Shown piece after piece: positions 1 to 9,034 of a stretch of 64,000 bases of DNA (the first letter of the stretch is position 1; every line of letters starts with the position of its first letter). The notes under the pieces are model-generated. The model was not told the DNA's origin. It searched no databases and worked only from the letters and a program-made list of their open reading frames with translations. The position numbers were made by a program, and so were the translations under genes. Source of the stretch: an uncultured Methanolobus sp. (GTDB lineage: Archaea > Halobacteriota > Methanosarcinia > Methanosarcinales > Methanosarcinaceae); contig OY776215.1 in the NCBI GenBank assembly GCA_963675495.1, positions 1,344,001 to 1,408,000 on the forward strand, written 5' to 3'.

Positions 1-204
1 CCCGTGACCCCGGAAATGATAGGGGCAGTAAAACATACCCTCGGTGACAATAAATTGATAGTTGGTGGCGGAATACGAGACGGTGAGACTGCAAAGTTAT
101 GCGCGCTTGCAGGAGCTGACATGATAGTAACAGGGACTATCCTTGAAGAGAGTTCAAATGTTACTGCAAAGATAAAAGAACTTGTTTCAGCTATTAAGAA
201 GTAA
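1..204 (+). CDS. Geranylgeranylglyceryl phosphate synthase family protein, 3' end (truncated by window edge)
   Basis: C-terminal motifs LIVGGGIRD and AGADMIVTGT typical of GGGPS/PcrB TIM barrels. Confidence 0.8.
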   Translation, partial: PVTPEMIGAVKHTLGDNKLIVGGGIRDGETAKLCALAGADMIVTGTILEESSNVTAKIKELVSAIKK

Positions 205-267
205 CTAAAGGGCTTTACTTTTTCTTTATATATTCTTCAGACCTGAACTATCCAAGGAGTTTTAACG

Positions 268-1989
268 ATGCTTGAAGTATGCAATATCTCAAAAGATTAT
301 GAATTCAATAACGAAAAGAAAAGAATTCTGGATAACATCTGTTTCAATGTTGCAGACGGAGAGATTCTTGGAATTACCGGAAAGAGCGGTAGCGGTAAAA
401 CCACCATTTTAAAGATACTAAGGGGAATAGAAGATTTTGATTCCGGTCATTTTGAACTCGATGAACAAAGGATCGAGCCAAATGCAGATAAACAAAAACT
501 TAAATTCCTTACAAATAACAGCGCAATACACCTTCAACGTAATTTCGGACTCTGGAGCGGACCCGCAATTGAAAATATCATCCGCAGACTGAATGCTCTT
601 ACAGGAGGACACGAAGGCGTACCTGAGCCTGATGCGCACAACTATGATGAACTGCAAGAAGAAGCCATGTATTACATGCGCCTTGTAGGACTTGAAAATA
701 AGGCACAGCATTCTACCAATTTATTAAGCGGCGGGGAGAAGCAAAGGCTCATACTTGCACGCCAGCTTGCAGCAAAACCACGCATACTACTTCTGGATGA
801 ACCTGTGACCATGACAGGTCCCGATACAAAACAAGACATGCTTGACCTCATAAAGGACATCAAGACAGAACTCAACATTCCTATTATTGTTGTTTCACAC
901 CTTCCTGAAGTCCACCTCTACCTTGCAGACAGGGTTGCGTACCTGGAAGAAGGAAAGATAGTAGATGTCGGAGAACCTGAAAATGTGCTGAAGCATTTCC
1001 TCAAAGATATCGAAGAACAAGTTCCACTCCCGGAAAGAAAGGATGAAGGTCCAATAATAAAGGTTACAGGACTCTCAAACCGTTATTTTATTTTAAGGGT
1101 GGGAGAAGTGCTAAAGTTTGAAGACCTCTCACTTGATATTAACAAAGGAGATATTACTGCATTCATCGGACCTTCCGGCGCAGGAAAAACAACGCTCCTG
1201 AAAATGATAGAAGGGCTCAGGATCCCAAAAGAAGGAAATATCAGTTATCTGCATGATGGAAACTGGATGAATATCATAGATTTCACAACGCAGCGCATTG
1301 ACCTGCGAAGGAAGATGAGCATCATGCACCAGGAGTTCACACTCTCACCACACTCCACCATCAGGGACCAGATGGCATTCAAACTGCGTCTTAAAGGTGA
1401 AAGATCACTATTATATGCCAGGGAGAGAGCCGCAGAGCTAGGCATATCAGATGAAGCACTTGACACACTTTACAGGCTCACTGAAGTCAATGAAGATGAG
1501 AAAGACAAGGCCCTTAGGGAAATGAACATGACCATCGACATATACTCCAAGCTTTTCCCCCTGGTAACAAAAGAAGATGTTGACAAACATGCAGTAGACG
1601 TATTTGAAGCTCTTAATCTTCCACTTTCAGTACTCGACAAAACCCCCTACCAGATAAGTGGCGGAGAACATGTAAGAGCATATATCGCACTGGCACTTGT
1701 ATCTCACCCGGAAATATTAATGTTAGATGAGCCTTTCGGCGACCTTGACCCGATCACCCTCAGAGATGTTACTAACTCTCTGAAGAGAATAAATCAGAAA
1801 TTTGGCACAAGCATTGTATTTGTAAGCCATCACATGGACTTTGTGAGGGAAGCTGCACACAGGGCGATCCTCATTGATAATGCAAAGATAATCATGGACG
1901 GGAAGCCGGATGATGTATGCAGCAAGCTCATAGAGATGAGTCATGCGAAGTACCTTGAACATGATATCGACGAATTGTTGGAGAACTAA
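268..1989 (+). CDS. atwA: Methyl-coenzyme M reductase system component A2-like double ABC ATPase
   Basis: Two NBDs (GKSGSGKT, LSGGEKQR; GPSGAGKT, ISGGEHVR), no TM segments, IHLQRNFGL motif. Confidence 0.75.
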   Translation: MLEVCNISKDYEFNNEKKRILDNICFNVADGEILGITGKSGSGKTTILKILRGIEDFDSGHFELDEQRIEPNADKQKLKFLTNNSAIHLQRNFGLWSGPAIENIIRRLNALTGGHEGVPEPDAHNYDELQEEAMYYMRLVGLENKAQHSTNLLSGGEKQRLILARQLAAKPRILLLDEPVTMTGPDTKQDMLDLIKDIKTELNIPIIVVSHLPEVHLYLADRVAYLEEGKIVDVGEPENVLKHFLKDIEEQVPLPERKDEGPIIKVTGLSNRYFILRVGEVLKFEDLSLDINKGDITAFIGPSGAGKTTLLKMIEGLRIPKEGNISYLHDGNWMNIIDFTTQRIDLRRKMSIMHQEFTLSPHSTIRDQMAFKLRLKGERSLLYARERAAELGISDEALDTLYRLTEVNEDEKDKALREMNMTIDIYSKLFPLVTKEDVDKHAVDVFEALNLPLSVLDKTPYQISGGEHVRAYIALALVSHPEILMLDEPFGDLDPITLRDVTNSLKRINQKFGTSIVFVSHHMDFVREAAHRAILIDNAKIIMDGKPDDVCSKLIEMSHAKYLEHDIDELLEN

Positions 1990-2140
1990 AGGTTTTATTT
2001 TATTTTTCTTTTTTTGTATTTTATTTTTTACTTAAATGGATTTGAAATATTGCATTCATGTTAAACCCTGTATCAATACTGATACATTCAGAATAAGACT
2101 TTTATTGTAACACACGATAATTAATTAGTGGAGGTTTAAA

Positions 2141-2488
2141 ATGAAAGACTTTTCAGATATCACAGAAATCATGAAAAAGGCTGGCCTTTTTGGAATCGGT
2201 TTGTGGGCATTGACAGAGGAGAAGATACAGGACATTGCCGACGACCTTATCGAAAACGGGGAGATCAAAAAAGAAGAGGGTAAGAAATTCGTCCGCGAAG
2301 TAGTTGATGAACAAAAGAAGCAGAAAGAAGACCTCGAGAAAAAGATCTCAACCAAGGTTCAGGAAACCATCAACAAGGCAGACGTTGCAACAAAAGATGA
2401 AGTAAGGGAACTCAAAGATATCATTCAAAAACTTGATGAGAAACTTGACAAGCTCACTGCTTCAGATGACGAAGAGAAGGATGTTTAA
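2141..2488 (+). CDS. Phasin-like / PHA-granule-regulator-like small helical protein
   Basis: LFGIGLWALTEEK..LIENGEI..EGKK..VATKDEVREL pattern; SD GGAGG upstream; near an ABC1 kinase. Confidence 0.65.
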   Translation: MKDFSDITEIMKKAGLFGIGLWALTEEKIQDIADDLIENGEIKKEEGKKFVREVVDEQKKQKEDLEKKISTKVQETINKADVATKDEVRELKDIIQKLDEKLDKLTASDDEEKDV

Positions 2489-2533
2489 CAATATACAGGA
2501 GGAGTAGCCTTTAGCAAGAGCAAAAACCTCTTT

Positions 2534-3109
2534 TTGCTTTTTTCAAAGATAATTTATTCTTTGATCTATGACCAAACTGAGGAGAATCCGGATGCACCAT
2601 TAGATGAATGGAGCATTTTTCCCGATACACCACGCACAGGCGACATGTTGGACATAGAAGGGAAAACAAATCCCGGTGAAACTATAGGAATGACAGTTTC
2701 ATTCACAATATACACCCCTGTAATTGATAGAGGGTATAAATACGTATTCGAAAATATCAGAATACCAGGAGGCAGTAACAGTTTTCAAGTAAGGTCACAA
2801 AAGGTAGAGGACCTTAATTTTATCGTCCATATGTTCGTAGACTTTAAGCGTAGCTTTGATGCTGCGAACGGAATCGCTGAATTCTTTGAAAAGAATGTTC
2901 CAGCCGGGAACTATGAAATTGTTGTAGAAGGAATGGCAATGGATGGTGAAAAAGAAGTAAAGATAGATTTTGTAGCTACCCAGACCGTCAAAGCCGATTC
3001 AGAAGGGAAATTTAATCATAAATATGACACAAGTGCACTGCCTGACGGAGATTTCACTGTGAAGATAGGAGACTGTGAAAAAATAATCACATTAATGCCT
3101 GCTACTTAA
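2534..3109 (+). CDS. Hypothetical beta-rich (Ig-like) protein; start uncertain
   Basis: 191-aa ORF with beta-strand character, resembles domains of Methanosarcinales surface proteins. Confidence 0.5.
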   Translation: MLFSKIIYSLIYDQTEENPDAPLDEWSIFPDTPRTGDMLDIEGKTNPGETIGMTVSFTIYTPVIDRGYKYVFENIRIPGGSNSFQVRSQKVEDLNFIVHMFVDFKRSFDAANGIAEFFEKNVPAGNYEIVVEGMAMDGEKEVKIDFVATQTVKADSEGKFNHKYDTSALPDGDFTVKIGDCEKIITLMPAT

Positions 3110-3134
3110 AGTCAAAAAATAAAATGTAAGGGGA

Positions 3135-3404
3135 TTACAATCCCTTTGCAATCATAAGTTTTATGAAATCAGTAGATTCCATTACGGGTACACTGTCTAT
3201 CATACAGATGTCGGACCATGGAATATTGAATTCAGCATATGCCTCTGAACTTTCAGCCTCATAGAGAATGAAGTACCTTCCTCCATTAAGATCGACCCAC
3301 TGGTTGATAATGTTAATACCTGCCGGGGGTTTTAATTTCTTGAAATGTTCAATTACCTGTTCACTATCATGGGGATCCCATGAGCTTATATCAAAAAATA
3401 ACAT
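3135..3404 (-). CDS. DUF3303-like small protein
   Basis: PPAGINIINQWVDLNGGRYFILYEAES..WSD..VPVM pattern; SD GGAG upstream. Confidence 0.7.
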   Translation of the reverse strand: MLFFDISSWDPHDSEQVIEHFKKLKPPAGINIINQWVDLNGGRYFILYEAESSEAYAEFNIPWSDICMIDSVPVMESTDFIKLMIAKGL

Positions 3405-3595
3405 TCTTTCTCACTCCTTACTATCTCTTTTCAGACAAATTGCCAGATACTTTCTGACTACTATCAATTTAGAAGAATAAATTATATAACAGTTTCTCTA
3501 AAATTTAAAAGATAAGTATCGGCGATAATTTAATAATAAGGCCAGTCATAAACAATAATACATCCAAACAAAAAAATCAAAGTCAAAGGAAGATA

Positions 3596-5275
3596 ATGAG
3601 AAACCGGAAGATCCACAGATATTCAATGATCAAAAGATATGGTAAGATCGTTGATGCCCTCGTGAAATACGAGTTTGGATTCATTGCTGACAGAATGGGA
3701 ATAGGCAACATTAGACCTTTAAGATCAAGGATCAAAAAGCAGGAAAAGGTACTAAAAAACACCGATTCCAGACCCAAAAATGCCAGAATGATGCTTGAAG
3801 AACTAGGACCCACCTACATAAAGCTTGGTCAGATACTTAGCATGCGTCAGGACTTGATACCTCCTGACTACGCAAGGGAGTTTTCCAAACTTCAGGATGA
3901 CATACAGCCCTTTGGGATTGAAGAAGTTGAAAAAATTATCAAGGAAGAACTGGGCTCTGACATCAAGGATCTTTATGAGTCTTTTGAAGAAATACCCATA
4001 GCAGCAGCTTCAATTGGCCAGGTTCATCGTGCAAAATTAAAGAGTGGGGATGATGTAGTTGTTAAGGTTCAAAGACCCGGAATAAGGAAGATCATAGACG
4101 CAGACCTTGACATAATTTACAGTATTGCAGCTTTTACAGAAGAACACCTGCCAGAAGCAAAGTTATATCGGCCGGTGGAAATTGTTGAAGAGTTTGAACG
4201 TTCGATCAAAGCAGAACTGGATTATACCCAGGAAGGCAGGAATGCCGAACACTTTGCTCACAACTTCCAGGAAGATCCACGCATATACATCCCTAAGGTC
4301 TATTGGGATTGTACCAGTATGAAAATTCTGACCCTGGAGTACATCGACGGGGTCAAAAGTAGCTCCTTTGAAGAGCTTGCCAAAATGGAAGTGGACAGGA
4401 AAGAGATAGCAATAGACGTACTGAAAGCATTCATGAAACAGGTTTATGATGACGGGTTCTTCCATGCAGACCTTCACCCCGGAAACGTTTTCATAATGAG
4501 AGATGGCAGGATAGCACTCCTGGACTTTGGAATGGCAGGATTCCTTTCCCATGATATGCGCAATCTACTCATCGATGAACTTATTGCAATCACCAGAGGT
4601 GACACAGCATTATATATTGAACTTTTAAGGGATCTTGGGTCGATAGGAGATAAAGTGGATATAGCATCGCTTAAGATAGACATTGATAACCTGTTGTACA
4701 AATACTATGGAAGGTCCCTGAGCCAGCTCAATACTGCACTGATACTGGAAGAAATGATCAATGTCCTGAGAAAATACCAGGTCAGAGTTCCTGCAAATGT
4801 TGCACTACTATCAAAAGGTGCTATGACCATAGAAGGGTTCAGTAGCATAATGGACCCCGAGATTAACCTGACAATTGTAGCAGAGCCTTTTGCAAAGAAG
4901 GCAATAAAGGATCGTATTCGTCTTACCAACATTGCAGGTACCGCTTATAGAGATATTAGCAACTGGTCCCGTGTTCTTCATCGGGCTCCTATGAAGATAT
5001 CCCACATACTCGATATCGCTGAAAGAGGTTACCTCAAACTACGCTTTGAACCTCAGGGTTTTGACAGGGTAGTTGCTGAGATAGACGCTGCAAGTAATCG
5101 TCTTTCCTTTAGCCTTATAATTTCAGCCATAATCGTAGGTTCTTCCTTGATAATACAAACAGGAATGGAGCCACATATATGGGGAGTTCCACTGCTAGGG
5201 GTCATCGGTTTCTTGATGGCAGGATTTTTGGGAATGTGGCTCGTAATATATATTCTTCGAACCGGAAGGATATAA
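3596..5275 (+). CDS. ABC1/UbiB (AarF) family atypical kinase
   Basis: LGPTYIKLGQ, AAASIGQVH, VVVKVQRP, FFHADLHPGN, LLDFG motifs; two C-terminal TM helices. Confidence 0.9.
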   Translation: MRNRKIHRYSMIKRYGKIVDALVKYEFGFIADRMGIGNIRPLRSRIKKQEKVLKNTDSRPKNARMMLEELGPTYIKLGQILSMRQDLIPPDYAREFSKLQDDIQPFGIEEVEKIIKEELGSDIKDLYESFEEIPIAAASIGQVHRAKLKSGDDVVVKVQRPGIRKIIDADLDIIYSIAAFTEEHLPEAKLYRPVEIVEEFERSIKAELDYTQEGRNAEHFAHNFQEDPRIYIPKVYWDCTSMKILTLEYIDGVKSSSFEELAKMEVDRKEIAIDVLKAFMKQVYDDGFFHADLHPGNVFIMRDGRIALLDFGMAGFLSHDMRNLLIDELIAITRGDTALYIELLRDLGSIGDKVDIASLKIDIDNLLYKYYGRSLSQLNTALILEEMINVLRKYQVRVPANVALLSKGAMTIEGFSSIMDPEINLTIVAEPFAKKAIKDRIRLTNIAGTAYRDISNWSRVLHRAPMKISHILDIAERGYLKLRFEPQGFDRVVAEIDAASNRLSFSLIISAIIVGSSLIIQTGMEPHIWGVPLLGVIGFLMAGFLGMWLVIYILRTGRI

Positions 5276-5365
5276 ATTGAGCAGTACATATTAAATAGAC
5301 ATAGAATATAACTAATACTTCGACTTCGTTGACAATAGGCACCAACGACCATTTTCGGTGAAAAA

Positions 5366-6340
5366 ATGACAGATCCAAACGTTGAGAGAAAGCTTGTCGA
5401 AATAATGCGCATTATTAATGAAAGTGACAAGCCAGTAGGTGCGCGCCTTATAGCTGACGAGCTTCACAATCGTGGCTATGCTATAGGGGAAAGAGCCGTA
5501 AGATATCATTTACGCATACTGGATGAAAGAGGGTTCACTAAGAAACACGGATACATCGGGCGCACTATAACCGAACGTGGCAAGAAGGAACTCAGTGATG
5601 CACTCATAAGTGACAGGTTTGGTTTTGTTATTACCAAGATCGAAGAGCTGATGTATAAAGCAAACTACAATTTGGAATCTGGCAAAGGAAACGTTATTGT
5701 CAATATAACGAACATTGACAAAGACGATTACGATAATGCCACAGACATTATAAGATATGCAATGGATAATGGTGCAACCATCAGCCCCAGAGTAAGTATA
5801 ATTGAAGAGGACACTGACCTTGATATTTACGTACCTGATGGAAAAGTTGCCGTTGCCACTGTATGCAGTATCACTTTCGATGGTTTACTTTTGAATAACG
5901 GGGTTCCTGTAGTCCCTGTTTATGGCGGCCTTATGCAAATGGAAGACTATAACGCAACTGGTTTTCTGGACCTCATTTCATATAGCGGAACATCCATTGA
6001 TCCCATTAAGATCTTCCTCAGGCGTAAAGCAACTTCCATACTTGAAGCTATTGATACAGGCAATGGAAAGATGCTTGCAAACGTGCGTCAGATACCTACA
6101 TCTGCAGCCCAGAGAGCAGCAGAGATCATGGAAATGGCAAAAAAAGATGATATCAGCGGCCATATTACAATAGGTGACCCAGACGAAGATGTTCTTTATG
6201 CACCTATAGAAAGAGGAAAGGTCGGTATCCCCGTAATGGTAGGAATTAATTCTGTTGCTGCTGTTGAAGAAGCTGGGATCAATGTTGATACACATCCGGT
6301 TTCAACTGTGATGGAATATAGCAAGATGAAGAAACTTTGA
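5366..6340 (+). CDS. nrpR: Nitrogen repressor NrpR(I): wHTH plus NRD (DUF128) domain
   Basis: GARLIADEL..ERAVRYHLRILDERG wHTH; TVCSITFDG, YSGTSIDP, GKMLANVR motifs; directly upstream of amtB-glnK. Confidence 0.85.
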   Translation: MTDPNVERKLVEIMRIINESDKPVGARLIADELHNRGYAIGERAVRYHLRILDERGFTKKHGYIGRTITERGKKELSDALISDRFGFVITKIEELMYKANYNLESGKGNVIVNITNIDKDDYDNATDIIRYAMDNGATISPRVSIIEEDTDLDIYVPDGKVAVATVCSITFDGLLLNNGVPVVPVYGGLMQMEDYNATGFLDLISYSGTSIDPIKIFLRRKATSILEAIDTGNGKMLANVRQIPTSAAQRAAEIMEMAKKDDISGHITIGDPDEDVLYAPIERGKVGIPVMVGINSVAAVEEAGINVDTHPVSTVMEYSKMKKL

Positions 6341-6909
6341 GGAACTGGTCCAGCTCTGCAGAAGATAATTATTGTTTTCTACTTTTTTTATTATTCGATA
6401 TTGAGAAATTGCCCTTTCCAAATTTATTGAAGAGGATTTTATAAGCATACGCATCCATTGATTCTTCACTTTCCATTGAGAGAGATCTGGAAATTGCTTA
6501 CCTTCGTTATAGCAATATATTGCCTATTTCTATGCCAGAAGTGAAGATCTACTCATGCTTCTCAGGTATTGAATTGTTAAAACATAAATCTTATGAGTAT
6601 ATCAGCTATATACAAGCTAAGAGAACACATACCATTAATTTGTGATTTTGTAAATTTTTTTATAACTTGGCCTATATTAAGCCCTTACCCCAGTACGCCA
6701 CAAAATATGAAGAATGCATGCGAAAAGAAGGAACATTTTTAATATTGCTGGAAATGAAAAATATCCAATGTGGGGGAATTTATGATTTTCTAGCCTAGTT
6801 TAGGCTCTAAATAAGCATAACTTCTGTTATAAATCATGAATTTTAATAAATAAAAAAAGTAAGTGACACAAGTAAATAGCAAAATTTAAATACTATTAAC
6901 TCTACACAT

Positions 6910-6923
6910 AGCATCCGTCTTCC
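6910..6923 (+). promoter_or_regulatory. Candidate NrpR operator in amtB promoter (AGCA-N6-TTCC)
   Basis: Degenerate match to GGAA-N6-TTCC, downstream of TATA-like TTTAAATA at 6885-6892. Confidence 0.35.
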
Positions 6924-6950
6924 TATTAAAATGAAACAAAGGTGTTACTT

Positions 6951-8366
6951 ATGTATGGAATATCACAGAAACTCAATTCAAAGATGATCTGGCAGGCTTT
7001 ACTGCTAATGAGCGTCATATTTATGTTATTTATAGTTCCGGCATCTGCAGGAACAGTAGAAGAAAACAGTGAATCAATAGCAAATCTTGAAACCGCACTC
7101 ACATTTATGTGGCTGCTCATTGCAGGTGCAATAGTGTTCCTGATGCATGCCGGTTTCTCACTTGTTGAGATCGGTCTGACAAGAACCAAGAACACAGCCA
7201 ACATTCTCATGAAGAACTTCATGACAATCTGTCTTGGTGTAGTTGTATACTGGGCAGTCGGTTGGGGAATCATGTACGGTGCTGATTTTGCAGGACTTAT
7301 TGGTATTGACCAGTTCTTCCTCATTGGTGCTGACAATGCACTATGGAACAGCTGGTGGTTCCAGATGGTCTTCGCAGCAACCGGCGCAACAATTGTTTCC
7401 GGTGCAATGGCTGAGAGGACTGACTTCAAGGCATATCTTGTTTACACAGTACTTATGGTAGCACTCATCTATCCAGTATACGGACACTGGGTATGGAGTG
7501 GTTCAGGAATACTTACAACCGGATTTATCGTTGATGCAATTGGTGTAGCTCACCATGACTTTGCAGGATGTGGTGTAGTACACTCAATTGGTGGATACTC
7601 AGCTCTTGCAGGTGTACTTGTAGTTGGTGCAAGGATAGGCAAGTTCAAGAACGGAAAGGCAATGGCAATTCCAGGTCACAGTCTTCCACTCGCATTCCTC
7701 GGTACCCTTATACTGGCATTCGGTTGGGTAGGATTTAACGGTGGTAGTACCCTTGATGCAATGGACCCATTCGTAAACCTTGTAATCGTTAACACATTCC
7801 TGGCAGCTGCTGCAGGAACGATCATAGTAATGATCATAACTTGGATGAAGACAGGAAAGCCAGACCCATCCCTTACAGCAAACGGAATGCTTGCAGGGCT
7901 TGTGGCAATCACTGCACCTTGTGGCTCAGTTAGTAACCTGGGTGCAATCATAATCGGTCTCATCGGTGGTATTGTAGTATACGCAGGTGTAATGTTCAAT
8001 GAGAACGTACTCAAGGTCGATGACCCTGTAGGTGCAATCGCAGTACATGGATATACAGGTAGCTGGGGACTTATCGCAGTGGGTCTCTTCGCACTGGGAC
8101 CAGGTGAAGGTTCAATACTCGAAGGTGCAGCATACACTGCAGAGACAGCAGGTCTCTTCTACGGTGGTGGAATAGGACTCCTTCTTATCCAGCTAGTTGG
8201 TGTAGTTCTAAGCATAGTATGGGCATTCGGTATCTCATACATAATCTTCAAGATACTCGATGTAATTATCGGACTTCGCGTATCAGAAGAACACGAGATT
8301 GCAGGACTTGATGTAGTAGAACACGGTATCAGCGCATACCCAGAGTTCCTTATTGCAAAGGAGTGA
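6951..8366 (+). CDS. amtB: Ammonium transporter
   Basis: FQMVFAAT, GAMAER, DFAGCGVVHSIGG, FGWVGFNGGS, DDPVGAIAVHG; ATG 6951 follows SD AAGGTG. Confidence 0.95.
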   Translation: MYGISQKLNSKMIWQALLLMSVIFMLFIVPASAGTVEENSESIANLETALTFMWLLIAGAIVFLMHAGFSLVEIGLTRTKNTANILMKNFMTICLGVVVYWAVGWGIMYGADFAGLIGIDQFFLIGADNALWNSWWFQMVFAATGATIVSGAMAERTDFKAYLVYTVLMVALIYPVYGHWVWSGSGILTTGFIVDAIGVAHHDFAGCGVVHSIGGYSALAGVLVVGARIGKFKNGKAMAIPGHSLPLAFLGTLILAFGWVGFNGGSTLDAMDPFVNLVIVNTFLAAAAGTIIVMIITWMKTGKPDPSLTANGMLAGLVAITAPCGSVSNLGAIIIGLIGGIVVYAGVMFNENVLKVDDPVGAIAVHGYTGSWGLIAVGLFALGPGEGSILEGAAYTAETAGLFYGGGIGLLLIQLVGVVLSIVWAFGISYIIFKILDVIIGLRVSEEHEIAGLDVVEHGISAYPEFLIAKE

Positions 8367-8371
8367 TTTAA

Positions 8372-8710
<339 letters not shown>

Positions 8711-8771
8711 GTGCTTTCTTCCTCTTTTATTTTTAAAAACATATTTACATAAATTACACGACAATCAAAGT

Positions 8772-8863
8772 GAGCCCCGGGAATTCAATATACCTATTGT
8801 ACAGGATTCTGCAAGTCCAATTGTCATAATTTATTAGTAAACTTCCATAGTTTTTCGGGGCTC
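8772..8863 (+). repeat. 92-bp element bounded by a 12-nt imperfect inverted repeat
   Basis: GAGCCCCGGGAA (8772-8783) and TTTTCGGGGCTC (8852-8863). Confidence 0.5.
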
Positions 8864-9034
8864 TTCCCTAACTACATTTTTGCATTACTTTTTTTAGTAC
8901 TTACATTCTCATCTGGTCTCGACAGATAATATTTATATTGAATGTACGCCTAAACTTTGCCAAGATCATTTCATATTTTTATAGCTTTATCAGCAACTTC
9001 CGATAAACAGCAGAATATCGAACGTATAGGAAAT

